A DNA stretch of 58,009 nt from an uncultured Candidatus Saccharibacteria bacterium (GTDB taxonomy: Bacteria > Patescibacteriota > Saccharimonadia > Saccharimonadales > Saccharimonadaceae). The notes under the pieces were generated by a model that worked only from the letters and a program-made list of their open reading frames with translations, searched no databases and was not told the origin of the DNA. The position numbers and the translations under genes were made by a program. Of this stretch, positions 46,017 to 56,182 are shown piece by piece. The first letter of the stretch is position 1. Every line of letters begins with the position of its first letter. Where the stretch lies: positions 1-58,009 of the forward strand of contig CAYXZG010000001.1 in the NCBI GenBank assembly GCA_964469535.1, in the 5' to 3' direction.

Positions 46017-47306
46017 TTATTCGTAGCGCAAAGCATCAATTGGATTCTTACGGGCGGCTTTAATCGCGGGAACAGTGCCAGCGAGCAAAGCAATAATCAT
46101 GACTACGATAATGATCGGGATAATGTTACCTGGGGTAAATTCAAAGAGATTAAAGGTCGGGAATGCTTCGAGAAACCCGCCCGGGCTATGAACAGCGACA
46201 TTGGCGATGTTGCCGATAACGATCGCAACACAAACGCCAAACGCTGACCCCCAGAAGCCAAGTGCGATTGCTTCAAAAGCGAACTCAAAGAAGACTTTGA
46301 TCGAGGACATACCAAGGGCTTTGTCGAGGCCGATTTCGCGCGTGCGCTCTTCGACAGACATAAGCAAAGTATTCACGATGCCAATCGAGGCGGCAAGTAA
46401 AGCAATACCGCCGAAGACCGTAAAGACAATCATGATAACATCGAAGAAAGTGCGAATCATACCCATCATGTCGGAAACAGTCACACCATAAAAACCATTT
46501 TCCTCAAGGATAGCTTTGATCTCGGACTCGGTATATTTCGTGGTGTCAAAGCGAGTCTGGATCGCGTAGGCGAGATTCTTCATTTCGGCGGGGTAGTTTT
46601 TCGTCCCATCTGCATACATGACATCTTCGAGCGCGCGACTAATCACGGCACCGTTGACGGCGACTACGCCTGGGGCCTGGACGCCAACGACCGTAACGTC
46701 GTAATTGATCGGTTTATTTGTGACGGGGTCAAGAATGGTCAAGGTGACAATTTTGCCGATCGCATCTTCGTCGGAGGAAAAGCCAAGGGCTTTCGGGAAA
46801 CCAGATTGGAGCGTAATTTCGTAGTTCTTAGTATCAGGGGAGGGCAATGAGCCGGCGGTCGTAGCAATTTTGAAATCCCCAGGAGGCATAGCACCGACCG
46901 TGATGTTGTATTTTTTGTCGGTTTTGCCACTCGTAATGTACTCGACCGGAATATTCTTGGCGATGTAAAAATCGTCTTTGTTGAAACCGTCAATTTTAGC
47001 GAGTTTTTCGAGCTGCTCGTCGTTCATAGCGGTGAGGGTCTGGTTGGGATTATACTCGACCGGATCGTTCGAGTTCATAAGCGAGTTCATCATACCAACT
47101 GATCCGCCAGGCATAATCATGATATAGTCTTCTCCGCCAAGACTAGCGGTCTGCTCATCGATGAAGGAGTTTACGCCAGTGTTAATCGCAGCGTTCAAAA
47201 TAATGGTAAAACTACCAATAAAAATTGCCAAAATCGTCAAAAACGTGCGTGCCTTGTTACGAAAGAGGTTGTGGTTCGCAGTGCGGATTAGTTCAAAGAA
47301 GCTCAT
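46017..47306 (-). CDS. MacB/FtsX-family ABC transporter permease
   Basis: RNKARTFLTIL, GIVNTLLMSVEERTREIG, PAIKAARKNPIDALRYE. Confidence 0.92.
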   Translation of the reverse strand: MSFFELIRTANHNLFRNKARTFLTILAIFIGSFTIILNAAINTGVNSFIDEQTASLGGEDYIMIMPGGSVGMMNSLMNSNDPVEYNPNQTLTAMNDEQLEKLAKIDGFNKDDFYIAKNIPVEYITSGKTDKKYNITVGAMPPGDFKIATTAGSLPSPDTKNYEITLQSGFPKALGFSSDEDAIGKIVTLTILDPVTNKPINYDVTVVGVQAPGVVAVNGAVISRALEDVMYADGTKNYPAEMKNLAYAIQTRFDTTKYTESEIKAILEENGFYGVTVSDMMGMIRTFFDVIMIVFTVFGGIALLAASIGIVNTLLMSVEERTREIGLDKALGMSSIKVFFEFAFEAIALGFWGSAFGVCVAIVIGNIANVAVHSPGGFLEAFPTFNLFEFTPGNIIPIIIVVMIIALLAGTVPAIKAARKNPIDALRYE

Positions 47307-48094
47307 TGTTTGGTTCCTTTCTTGGCGGTCTTGCTAGCTTTAGTGGTTTTAGCGGTTTTAGCCGTCTTGGTGCTTTTGCTAGACTGAACGGACTCAGGCT
47401 CTTTAGATAGTTTAGAGCCAGTATCTTCGACGATGCGTCCATCCATAATGCGGACTTGGCGGCTGCAAAGCTTAGCGAGATCTTCGTCATGCGTCACAAT
47501 AATCAGCGTAGCGCCTTTCTTGTTGGCGTCAAAGAGCAGTTTAATAACTTTATCACCAGTTGCGGAATCGAGGTTTCCGGTCGGCTCGTCGGCGAAGATG
47601 ATTTTCGGATCGTTGACAATTGCGCGCGCGATACAGACACGTTGTTTCTGCCCGCCCGAAAGGTCGTTCGCTTTATTGCGCACTCTTTCTTCTAGTCCGA
47701 CCGTTCGAAGGGCTTTCAAGGCGAGATTCTTGCGTTTACGACGTTTGACGCCGGCGATTTTGAGCGGGAGCATAACGTTTTCAAGCACCGAATCGCTCGG
47801 ATTCATGAAAAATTGCTGAAAAACGAAACCGAAACTATGGTTGCGGAGTTGGTTTAGCTTACGGGCGCGCAATTTGGTCGATTCAATACCGTCAATCCGT
47901 AAAGTACCGGAAGTTGGTCGATCGAGCAGGGCCAGTAGGTGAATGAATGTGGATTTGCCCGAGCCAGATTTACCAACAATTGCGATTGATTCACCTTCAT
48001 AGACATCAAGGCTGACGGATTTTAAGGCCGTAAATGCGGTTGAGCGTTTGCCATAGGTTTTGGTGAGGTTTTTAACCTCAATAATTTTATTCAT
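47303..48094 (-). CDS. ABC transporter ATP-binding protein (LolD/MacB-type)
   Basis: GKSGSGKST, LSGGQKQR, FADEPTGNLD; Lys/Thr/Ala tail. Confidence 0.93.
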   Translation of the reverse strand: MNKIIEVKNLTKTYGKRSTAFTALKSVSLDVYEGESIAIVGKSGSGKSTFIHLLALLDRPTSGTLRIDGIESTKLRARKLNQLRNHSFGFVFQQFFMNPSDSVLENVMLPLKIAGVKRRKRKNLALKALRTVGLEERVRNKANDLSGGQKQRVCIARAIVNDPKIIFADEPTGNLDSATGDKVIKLLFDANKKGATLIIVTHDEDLAKLCSRQVRIMDGRIVEDTGSKLSKEPESVQSSKSTKTAKTAKTTKASKTAKKGTKQ

Positions 48095-48132
48095 AGATTT
48101 TATTTTAGCACATGAATGATGAAGATACAAAT

Positions 48133-49503
48133 TTAGCGAAGATATTGCCAAATTTGGCCATCGGGAGAGTCGAGTACGCCGATATTTTGAGCGGCGAGAG
48201 CATCGCGGATTTGATCAGAAGACGCATAATCTTTTTGGAGGCGAGCCCGTGCGCGTTGATCCAGCAAGTTTTGTTGATCTTTCGTCAAACGCGGAGAATC
48301 TTCGAGCAGTCCAAGGCCAAAAAGTTGATCGACTTCTCGCCAAAAGGCAAGGTTCTGATTGCCGGCAGCATCGACGGCAGCAAACGCGAGCGGGGAGTTC
48401 AAGTTGTCATTTAATGCGGCTAAGACCGGATCGATAGCTGCGGAATCTAATGCGGAATCTTCTTCGGCACGCTGGTAGCAATGAGCAATGCGGTTACGCC
48501 AATTCAAGCGACGAACACGGGCCGATTCGAGGCCATCGGAATTGAAATCACGTTCGGATTGATAGTGTCCCTGAAGGACCCAGGTTTTAAAATCAAGCGC
48601 CAAGTATCCATGCCGCGCAAGATCCTCAAGAGTGTAACCGTTGCCGAGCGATTTAGAGATCTTTTCGCCATCGCTAGTCAGATGATGGCAATGCAACCAA
48701 TATTTGGCTAGTTGTTTTTCAAAAGCAGCTTCGCTCTGAGCGATTTCGTTAGTATGATGAACGGGGATATGGTCAACTCCGCCAGCGTGAATATCAATAG
48801 TCTCGCCGAGCTCGGCGTGAATAATAGCCGAACATTCGAGATGCCATCCTGGATAACCTGGACGGTCTAGATAGTCCCAACGCATATCGTGCTTTTCGTT
48901 TGGCTGGATGAATTTCCAAACTGCAAAATCGGAAGGATTGCGTTTTTCGTCGGAAAATTCGATGCGTGCGCCGGCTCGCAAATGCTCGAGATCAAGCCTA
49001 GCAAAATCAGCATAACGCGGGAACTTACTCGTGTCATAGTAAATGCCATCCTTGGTCTCGTATGTATAGCCCTTCTCGGTCAAAATGTCAACGATCGCGA
49101 TTTCTTCCGGAATGTAGTCGGTCGCACGTGCGATCACTTCTGGTGGCGTGAGGTGCAAAAGACGATAATCATTGAGGTATCGTTCGATGTAATAATCCGC
49201 AACCTCCCAGACCGTTTTGCCGCTTAGGCGCGCACCTTTCTCTAATTTATCTTCGCCATCGTCGGCGTCAGAAGTCAGGTGTCCAACGTCAGTGAGATTG
49301 AGCGCGCGCTTTACACCATAACCATCCGCGCGCAAGGTGCGCACGAGTAGATCCCAATAGATGTAGGCCGCAAAATTGCCGATGTGCGGCTGACTATAAA
49401 CGGTCGGGCCGCAAGTATAAATTTTGACTTCATTAGCGTCAGCAGGAACGAAGGTCTCGATTTTGCGACTAAGGGTGTTATATAGTTTTAGCTTGTTTGG
49501 CAT
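48133..49503 (-). CDS. cysS: Cysteine--tRNA ligase
   Basis: YTCGPTVY, HIGN, PGWHLECS, HHTNE.AQ, KISKS. Confidence 0.96.
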   Translation of the reverse strand: MPNKLKLYNTLSRKIETFVPADANEVKIYTCGPTVYSQPHIGNFAAYIYWDLLVRTLRADGYGVKRALNLTDVGHLTSDADDGEDKLEKGARLSGKTVWEVADYYIERYLNDYRLLHLTPPEVIARATDYIPEEIAIVDILTEKGYTYETKDGIYYDTSKFPRYADFARLDLEHLRAGARIEFSDEKRNPSDFAVWKFIQPNEKHDMRWDYLDRPGYPGWHLECSAIIHAELGETIDIHAGGVDHIPVHHTNEIAQSEAAFEKQLAKYWLHCHHLTSDGEKISKSLGNGYTLEDLARHGYLALDFKTWVLQGHYQSERDFNSDGLESARVRRLNWRNRIAHCYQRAEEDSALDSAAIDPVLAALNDNLNSPLAFAAVDAAGNQNLAFWREVDQLFGLGLLEDSPRLTKDQQNLLDQRARARLQKDYASSDQIRDALAAQNIGVLDSPDGQIWQYLR

Positions 49504-50326
49504 GGTGTAAATACTCTTTTAACTCTGCTATTATTTTAGCACGCTTTCCCGCGGAAATGTCGTGCTGACCGATCACGCTGGCGTAGCGAAGATAACGCGG
49601 ATTTTGCTTGGCGGCACGTTTTAAATTTGAGCGCACGACGAGCGGATCAAAATGGCCATGGACAATTAAGGAAGGGAGACGAATCTTAGTAAAGGTCTGG
49701 TAGTTATGGTGATTCAAAATAACGTTTTCCATGGAGTTCGCGAAAGCGGTAGTTTTAATGTAAGAACTGCGAAAACTTGTAAAACGTTGAGCGATCCGCG
49801 CAATAACTTCGGCGGCCGGGATTGTCGTGGCGATTTTGTGCAGCGAGGAGTAGGATTTTGTATAGACACGATCGGGCAGTTTTGCCAATTCTTCAGCCAT
49901 TAAAACGGGCGGAGAGACGAGAATCAGTCCGGCAAGATCAGGAGAATAGGTATAATTCGTGGCATAATCTGCAGCGATGAGTGAGCCCATTGAATGACCG
50001 ACGAGGACGACGGGGCATTTCAGGTGTAGACGTCTAAGAGCAAGCTCGAGCGCGTGATCATATTCGGCGTAATTATACTTGAGCCAATCTGCATGGAGCG
50101 ATTTGCCGAAGCCGAGCAAATCCAAAGCAATCACGCGTACAGAGTTTAGTTCTGGATCGTTCGCAAGCAAGCGGAATGTGGTGCGCCAAGTATCCGAATT
50201 TGCCGAAATGCCATGAAGAAAAACAACCGCAAGATCAGGATGCTTAACCTTATTATCATAGGCGACGCGCAGTCGAACAGGAATACGCAATATACGATGG
50301 ATAAAATATGTCAGTATATTATACAT
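49478..50326 (-). CDS. Alpha/beta hydrolase
   Basis: FLHGI, DLLGFGKS, GHSMG nucleophile; start re-called at ATG 50326. Confidence 0.88.
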   Translation of the reverse strand: MYNILTYFIHRILRIPVRLRVAYDNKVKHPDLAVVFLHGISANSDTWRTTFRLLANDPELNSVRVIALDLLGFGKSLHADWLKYNYAEYDHALELALRRLHLKCPVVLVGHSMGSLIAADYATNYTYSPDLAGLILVSPPVLMAEELAKLPDRVYTKSYSSLHKIATTIPAAEVIARIAQRFTSFRSSYIKTTAFANSMENVILNHHNYQTFTKIRLPSLIVHGHFDPLVVRSNLKRAAKQNPRYLRYASVIGQHDISAGKRAKIIAELKEYLHHAKQAKTI

Positions 50327-51335
50327 AGTCGGTTGCTTCTGCGACGGCAGTTCGCTCAGTTTCGCAAGCGGCGAGAAGGTCAGGCAGGATCGAGACAATA
50401 TCCGCGACCACATCTTCGTACGACAAGTCATAAGTGCGAAAACCGGCAGCATAAGGGTGGCCGCCGCCGCCAAAATAGCCCGCAATTTGCTCAGCGACGG
50501 GCGCGCTTGCGCGAACTTTGCCAGTCACTTTGCCGTCAGGATATGTTTTGATGGCGACTGAGACGACAACGCCCTCAACTAGGCGCAGTTCTTCCAAAAT
50601 TAAAACATTCGGGTTGTATTCGTCCGAATATTTTTGAATTTCCTCAAACGGAATATGAACCGTAGCGAGTTGACCACCAAGCGAATATTCGACACGTTTG
50701 ATAAGGTCAGCCTTATAGTCCAAAATGCGTGGGGTTTTTTTCATAAAATCGCGTCGGCGCTCGTCGATTTCAGCTGGGTTGGCACCAAGATCGATCAGCT
50801 CAGCCATCGTGCGCATTGTGTCGGCCGACACGGAAGCGCTCACGAGGCCTAATGTATCAGAAGAGATCGCCGCATAAAGCGCCGCGGCAGCCTCTGGCGG
50901 AATCTGATAGTCATTTGATTTAGCAATTTGGTAAATTAAATCGGCACAAGCCGGGCGCGGCTCGATGATGGAAGTATGTGGAAAATCTAGATCGTCGGCG
51001 GTTTCATGGTGATCGATGACGAGAACGGGTTTACTATACAGACAATTCTTGATTGCTACATCGTCAAGTAGTTTAGAAAGCAAAATGCTTGATGCGGTAT
51101 CGACGATAATATAACCGTCAGCACGATAGTCAAAATCAATTTCTATGCGCGACCAATCCGAAAAATAACGTAGGTATTTCGGGATCTCGACTGGACAATA
51201 GAGATAATTTTCCGTGCCGCCCAAAATGTAATCCAGTGCTATCGCCGAGCCAAGCGAATCGCCATCGGGATTTTCGGCCTGAATGATGCAAAGGCGTTTT
51301 TTGTCTTTAAGAAATTCGGAAAATTGATTATACAT
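50319..51335 (-). CDS. DHH/DHHA1 phosphoesterase (NrnA-like)
   Basis: NPDGDSLGS, IDHH, SDT, GGGGHPYAAG. Confidence 0.9.
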   Translation of the reverse strand: MYNQFSEFLKDKKRLCIIQAENPDGDSLGSAIALDYILGGTENYLYCPVEIPKYLRYFSDWSRIEIDFDYRADGYIIVDTASSILLSKLLDDVAIKNCLYSKPVLVIDHHETADDLDFPHTSIIEPRPACADLIYQIAKSNDYQIPPEAAAALYAAISSDTLGLVSASVSADTMRTMAELIDLGANPAEIDERRRDFMKKTPRILDYKADLIKRVEYSLGGQLATVHIPFEEIQKYSDEYNPNVLILEELRLVEGVVVSVAIKTYPDGKVTGKVRASAPVAEQIAGYFGGGGHPYAAGFRTYDLSYEDVVADIVSILPDLLAACETERTAVAEATDYV

Positions 51336-51377
51336 ACAATTATATTAACTTATTTCACTGGAAAGACAAGCAGGAGA

Positions 51378-52127
51378 TTACCGCGTACGAGAAGGTTTGC
51401 GAGCTTTTGATGTTTTCGCGGAGGCCTTAGCAGCCTTCTTGGCAGATTTTTTAGAAGTTTTTTTAACGACACGTTTAGGCTGGTAGTCCGGAAAGGCTTT
51501 CGCGATACGACGCTCGAGCGGACCCTTGCCCCAGATGATTTCATGCACGCGTTCGGAAATTTCTTCTGTACCGTCTCGAGAGACTAAGCCGACCGTCAAG
51601 CGGAAATTAATCATTAGCCATAACGACACCAAATAGTCAGCAATCATAAACCCGAGCAGTAGGGCGGCAAGCGCGACGCGTACAACTGGATCGATACATT
51701 CAATCGAGTGAGTCAAAAGAGGATTCGCAATACAAACGACAAAAGTACCGAGGAGGCCAAACATGAGCGAAGCCTTAAGGCAGACGCGACCGTTAAGATT
51801 GCAAAATTCATGACTATAATCCCACCATCGCGCGCGAAAGGTTTTCTCCATGAAGTAGCTCGTGGTGTACTCGAGAATCGTAGCGCCAATCACAGCGACG
51901 CAGAAAATCACAGCGATGTTCTGGATATGGCCGAGCAATAGTGAGATAATCAGCGCGCCAAAACCATAAATCGGACAGAACGGACCGATCATGAAGCCAC
52001 GGTTAGTGATTTTGTGCCGTAAAACAATTCCGACAACCACTTCAAAAAGCCAGCCAACAAAAGAATAGATAAGAAAAATGAGGATCCAGGTAGCGCAAGT
52101 AGAAAGAAAAGCGTCGTCGGGATTCAT
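51378..52127 (-). CDS. CmpB/TMEM229-family membrane protein with basic tail
   Basis: YSFVGWLFE, NRGFMIGPFCPIYGFG, RWWDYS, NLNGRVC. Confidence 0.85.
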   Translation of the reverse strand: MNPDDAFLSTCATWILIFLIYSFVGWLFEVVVGIVLRHKITNRGFMIGPFCPIYGFGALIISLLLGHIQNIAVIFCVAVIGATILEYTTSYFMEKTFRARWWDYSHEFCNLNGRVCLKASLMFGLLGTFVVCIANPLLTHSIECIDPVVRVALAALLLGFMIADYLVSLWLMINFRLTVGLVSRDGTEEISERVHEIIWGKGPLERRIAKAFPDYQPKRVVKKTSKKSAKKAAKASAKTSKARKPSRTR

Positions 52128-52128
52128 G

Positions 52129-53280
52129 TCAAACCTCCAAATTTCCAATTAGTTTTTGGCTTTCGGATTCGGGCAGAGTTTCAACAGACTTGAGCTTGCG
52201 CTCGATTTGGCGCGAAGTAGTGGCAGCGGAGTCAATCTTATTGACGGTCTCTTGAAGTTTCTTTTTTGTAACATCGAGCAGATCACCGAACTTAGAGAAT
52301 TGCGCCTTGACTGCACCGAGGGTTTGCCAGACTTCGGCAGAGCGCTGTTCGATCGCGACGCTACGGAAGCCCATAGTGAGTCCAGAAAGAATGACCGGCA
52401 GTGTAGAAGGCGAAGAGATGACGATATTGTGCTTTTGGCGGATATGGTCGGAAAGTCCAGGAATACGCAAGATTTCGGCATAGAGACTTTCAGTCGGAAC
52501 AAACATGACACCAAAATCGGTCGTACTCGGTGGGTCGAGATATTTGGTCGAGATCTTTTTGGCTTGTTCCTTCACATCGAGAGCGAGAGCTTTGCGGGTC
52601 TGTTCGATCGACTCACGATCCCCAGCGTCATAGGCGGCGACGAGACGCGAGTAGTTCTCGATCGGAAATTTTGAGTCGATCGGGAGATAGACGGTCTCGG
52701 AGTGTTTGCCGGGCATCTTAATAGCAAATTCGACCCGGTCGCTTGTCCCTTTTTTGGTGATAATGTTCTCGGAATATTGATCCGGAGAAAGACAATCGGA
52801 AACAAGGTTGCCCAATTGAACTTCACCATAGATACCGCGAGTTTTGACGCCTTCCATCACTTTGCGCAAATCACCAACGCCGTTTGCGAGGGTTTTCATT
52901 TCGCCCAAACCACGATAGACTTGTGAAAGCTGTTCTGAAATAGCCTTAAAGCTCGTATTAAAACGTTGTTCGACAGATTTTTGCAGTTTTTCGTCGACCG
53001 TTAAGCGCATTTCGTCGAGTTTTTTGGAATTCTCGTCCTGGAGGTCTTTGACACGAACGTCGACGGTCTTTTGCACTAATTGAAGATTGTCGGAGATTTC
53101 TTTACGATTCGCGCGAAATGCTTCCTCGATTTTTGGGACTAGCCGATCGAGTTCGCCCTCGACGCGGATCAACCTTTCTTCAAGTTTAGAAGTGTCAATC
53201 CGCGCGACGGGTTTGCGAACAACAAGGACAAGTAAAAGAACAATGGTGACGAGCAGTAGACCAATAATGAGTAGTTCCAT
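52129..53280 (-). CDS. rmuC: DNA recombination protein RmuC
   Basis: N-terminal TM and coiled coil, KTRGIYGE, PIDSKFP, MFVPTESLY. Confidence 0.92.
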   Translation of the reverse strand: MELLIIGLLLVTIVLLLVLVVRKPVARIDTSKLEERLIRVEGELDRLVPKIEEAFRANRKEISDNLQLVQKTVDVRVKDLQDENSKKLDEMRLTVDEKLQKSVEQRFNTSFKAISEQLSQVYRGLGEMKTLANGVGDLRKVMEGVKTRGIYGEVQLGNLVSDCLSPDQYSENIITKKGTSDRVEFAIKMPGKHSETVYLPIDSKFPIENYSRLVAAYDAGDRESIEQTRKALALDVKEQAKKISTKYLDPPSTTDFGVMFVPTESLYAEILRIPGLSDHIRQKHNIVISSPSTLPVILSGLTMGFRSVAIEQRSAEVWQTLGAVKAQFSKFGDLLDVTKKKLQETVNKIDSAATTSRQIERKLKSVETLPESESQKLIGNLEV

Positions 53281-53300
53281 GCTCTTTATTATAACATAGA

Positions 53301-55334
53301 CTAGTTGCGTTGTCCGTTGATAATGCTTTTGCTACAAAGATAAGTGATGAGAAAATAGCCGCCATAGATGATGAGTAGAATCGCCATGACGCCCGGCAAA
53401 GATTCAGCAATGTTGATACCGCCCAAGCTTGAGAGGATAAGATTACAGAATCGAAGACCAAAGATTGAGTGGATAATTGCAATCAACAGTGGAAAAAGGA
53501 AGAAAATGAAGATTTGCCAAAACAAAGCATGGTGAAGCATTTTTTCGCTGACGCCAATTTTGCGCAAGATGGTGTATTTCTGGCGGTTGTCGGTGCTTTC
53601 GGAAAGTTCTTTGAGTGCGAGGATCGCAGCGCTGGAAATCAGAAAGATAACGCCCAGATAGAGACCAACGAAAGTGACAAGCGCAGAAGTGCCGACGCTG
53701 TTATCAATAATGCTTTGTCGACTAGTTACACCATAGAAATAGATGGCGGAATCTTCGTTTTCGCGAAAGAGGCGGTTTGAAAGAGACATCAAGACAGCTT
53801 CGGATTCTTCAGCGCGATCGGGGTTGGCGAAATTTGCGATCATGACTTCGCGTTTTGTACTATTCTCAGGATCGATTTTTAAATTATCCGGAATGATAAT
53901 GATACCGCCGTTCGTGTTGTCCATTTCAAGATCAAAAGTACCGTCGATGCAGCGATCAAATTTAGGTTTGAGAATGCGGTCTTGAAGATTTACCGTTACG
54001 CCAGCGGCCAAAGCACGATCGCGCAATTCGATGATCTGACGATAGTTGCCAATAATAGCATATTCGTCATCGGCAAGTTCAATTTCGGGCAGGTCGAAGA
54101 GCTTGCCAATGCGATTGTAATCACTAACATGGATAAAACGTTCGATGGTATGTGAAGCGCTCACGGTATCGTTTTCATCGAGCTCGGCGACAGTGCTGCC
54201 CAAATTATCAAGTATGCTTGTGGTTGATAAATCATAGGTAGCGTACTGCATGACGTCTTTGAGGTAGTCGTCGATAGCGACGCCATCTTCCAGATAAGCA
54301 TCTTTAATGCTAACGGAGGTTTCGCCATGGCTTTCGATCTGAATATCAGCCGGCAAAGATTTCTCGATAGCGGCGTGGAGAGTTTGATTGATTGATAAAG
54401 CCGAACCAAGCACACAGATCGTCACAAAAAGCATTAGGCAGATAAAGCCCATCGAGATCACGGTCGTGTTGATTTTGCTGCTGAACTGGCGCAGGATAAA
54501 TGAATTTAAGCCCTTATAGTAAACACCTTTAAAACTCATGAAGATACGCAGAAGCAATCCAGACAATGACCAGAAGAGAAGAAAGGTCGCTACGACGCCG
54601 ATCCCGATCGGGATGAGCAGAGCCTCGACTGTTTCGAGATTCTCAACAAAGCCAATACCGTCTGTAACTAGATAATAGGCTATCCCGAGCATGACGGAGG
54701 CGATAATAAAAACGGCGGTACAGAGCCACGGATTTTTGAGTTTGATTTTTTCACTACGACGGCTAGATGAAAGCAGATTAATAAGCTTCTGACGACTGAC
54801 AATAACTGCGTTAAAGATCATGACGATGAGATAAATAATCCCGAAGTAGAGGAGCGTTTTGAGAAAAGCGGACGCAGAAAAGACGAAATGGAAATTTGTC
54901 ATGTTAGCGTCGAACATATTAGCAACGAGCACGCTAGTCAGCTGCGAAACGATGACACCGAACAGAAGGCCGACAGCCAGTGAAAATAGACCGATGAAAA
55001 ATGTTTCAATGAGAAGGATTAAAGAAATTTTGCGTTTCCCCATGCCGAGAGTAAGATAGATGCCGAATTCTTTGCTGCGTCGTTTGATCAGAAAACGCGA
55101 AGCGTAGATGATAAGGGCGCCGAGGATCAAAGAAACGAAAACACTGACCGTACCGAGGACGACGTTCATGAGTTCAAGCATGTTTTTGACGCGTTCGTTG
55201 ACATCAAGCATGACGGTCTGACTATCGAGAGCATTAAAGACGTAAAAGATCGCAACGCCAAGCACAAGGGTGAAGAAATAGATAGCGTAATCTTTGAGAC
55301 TACGACGAATGTTTTTAAGAGCAAGTCGAAACAT
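53301..55334 (-). CDS. BceB-like peptide-resistance ABC permease
   Basis: LALKNIRRSLKDYAIYF, RRSKEFGIYLTLGM, large extracellular loop, YTILRKIG, FLFPL. Confidence 0.88.
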   Translation of the reverse strand: MFRLALKNIRRSLKDYAIYFFTLVLGVAIFYVFNALDSQTVMLDVNERVKNMLELMNVVLGTVSVFVSLILGALIIYASRFLIKRRSKEFGIYLTLGMGKRKISLILLIETFFIGLFSLAVGLLFGVIVSQLTSVLVANMFDANMTNFHFVFSASAFLKTLLYFGIIYLIVMIFNAVIVSRQKLINLLSSSRRSEKIKLKNPWLCTAVFIIASVMLGIAYYLVTDGIGFVENLETVEALLIPIGIGVVATFLLFWSLSGLLLRIFMSFKGVYYKGLNSFILRQFSSKINTTVISMGFICLMLFVTICVLGSALSINQTLHAAIEKSLPADIQIESHGETSVSIKDAYLEDGVAIDDYLKDVMQYATYDLSTTSILDNLGSTVAELDENDTVSASHTIERFIHVSDYNRIGKLFDLPEIELADDEYAIIGNYRQIIELRDRALAAGVTVNLQDRILKPKFDRCIDGTFDLEMDNTNGGIIIIPDNLKIDPENSTKREVMIANFANPDRAEESEAVLMSLSNRLFRENEDSAIYFYGVTSRQSIIDNSVGTSALVTFVGLYLGVIFLISSAAILALKELSESTDNRQKYTILRKIGVSEKMLHHALFWQIFIFFLFPLLIAIIHSIFGLRFCNLILSSLGGINIAESLPGVMAILLIIYGGYFLITYLCSKSIINGQRN

Positions 55335-55342
55335 ACAAACTC

Positions 55343-56110
55343 CTATAAAACATCGTTGGCGTCGCCGCCAAGTAGGGTGATAACATTGATGATTGCGTCG
55401 AAGAATTCTTTGCGGGAATCGTCGCCTTTGACTAATTCGTTGAAGATCTTACCGTCTTTGATGAAAATGACACGTGAAGCGTAGGAGGCGGCAAACGCAT
55501 CGTGCGTAACCATGAGGATCGTGGTTTGGAACTTGTCGTTCAAGCGGTCAAACTGTTCGAGTAACATTTTGGACGATTTTGAGTCAAGCGCACCAGTCGG
55601 CTCGTCAGCAAGTACGAGTTTTGGATCTGTAATAATGGCGCGCGCCGAAGCAACACGTTGTTTCTGGCCACCAGACATTTGGTAAGGGTATTTTTTCAGG
55701 ACATCAGAAATGTTTAGCTCTTTCGCAACGCGCTGGATTCGATCGTCGATTTCGTAGGGATCGATATTTTGGATCGACAAGGCGAGGGCGATGTTTTCAT
55801 AGGCGGTTAATGAGTCAAGCAGGTTGAAATCCTGAAAGATAAAGCCCAATTTCTCGCGACGAAAGCGATTCAATTCTTCGCCGCGTAGCTCAGTGATATC
55901 TTCGCCAGAAACATAAATGTGTCCAGACGTAACGCGGTCAATCGTCGAGATGACGTTGAGTAGGGTAGTCTTGCCGGAACCGCTAGCACCCATAATGGCG
56001 ACGAACTCGCCTTCGTTGACTTGGAAAGAAATATTATTAACAGCCTTCGTCAAAGAAGTTTTGCTGCCGTAATATTTCTCAACTTTTTCTAGTTCTAGAA
56101 TGGTTGTCAT
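55343..56110 (-). CDS. BceA-like ABC ATP-binding protein
   Basis: GASGSGKTT, FIFQDFNLLD, SGGQKQR, ADEPTGALDSKSS; SD AAGGAG. Confidence 0.92.
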   Translation of the reverse strand: MTTILELEKVEKYYGSKTSLTKAVNNISFQVNEGEFVAIMGASGSGKTTLLNVISTIDRVTSGHIYVSGEDITELRGEELNRFRREKLGFIFQDFNLLDSLTAYENIALALSIQNIDPYEIDDRIQRVAKELNISDVLKKYPYQMSGGQKQRVASARAIITDPKLVLADEPTGALDSKSSKMLLEQFDRLNDKFQTTILMVTHDAFAASYASRVIFIKDGKIFNELVKGDDSRKEFFDAIINVITLLGGDANDVL

Positions 56111-56163
56111 ATTTTCTCCTTTGCTCAATTATAGGGTGGGCGTAAAGTTTTGTCGTTGGCGCA

Positions 56164-56182
56164 ACCTTGCAGAAACCTTACT
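56164..56182 (-). promoter_or_regulatory. Possible response-regulator binding direct repeat upstream of the bceA-like promoter
   Basis: On minus strand GTAAGGTT-TCT-GCAAGGTT (11-bp period) upstream of TATAAT at ~56128-56133. Confidence 0.35.
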
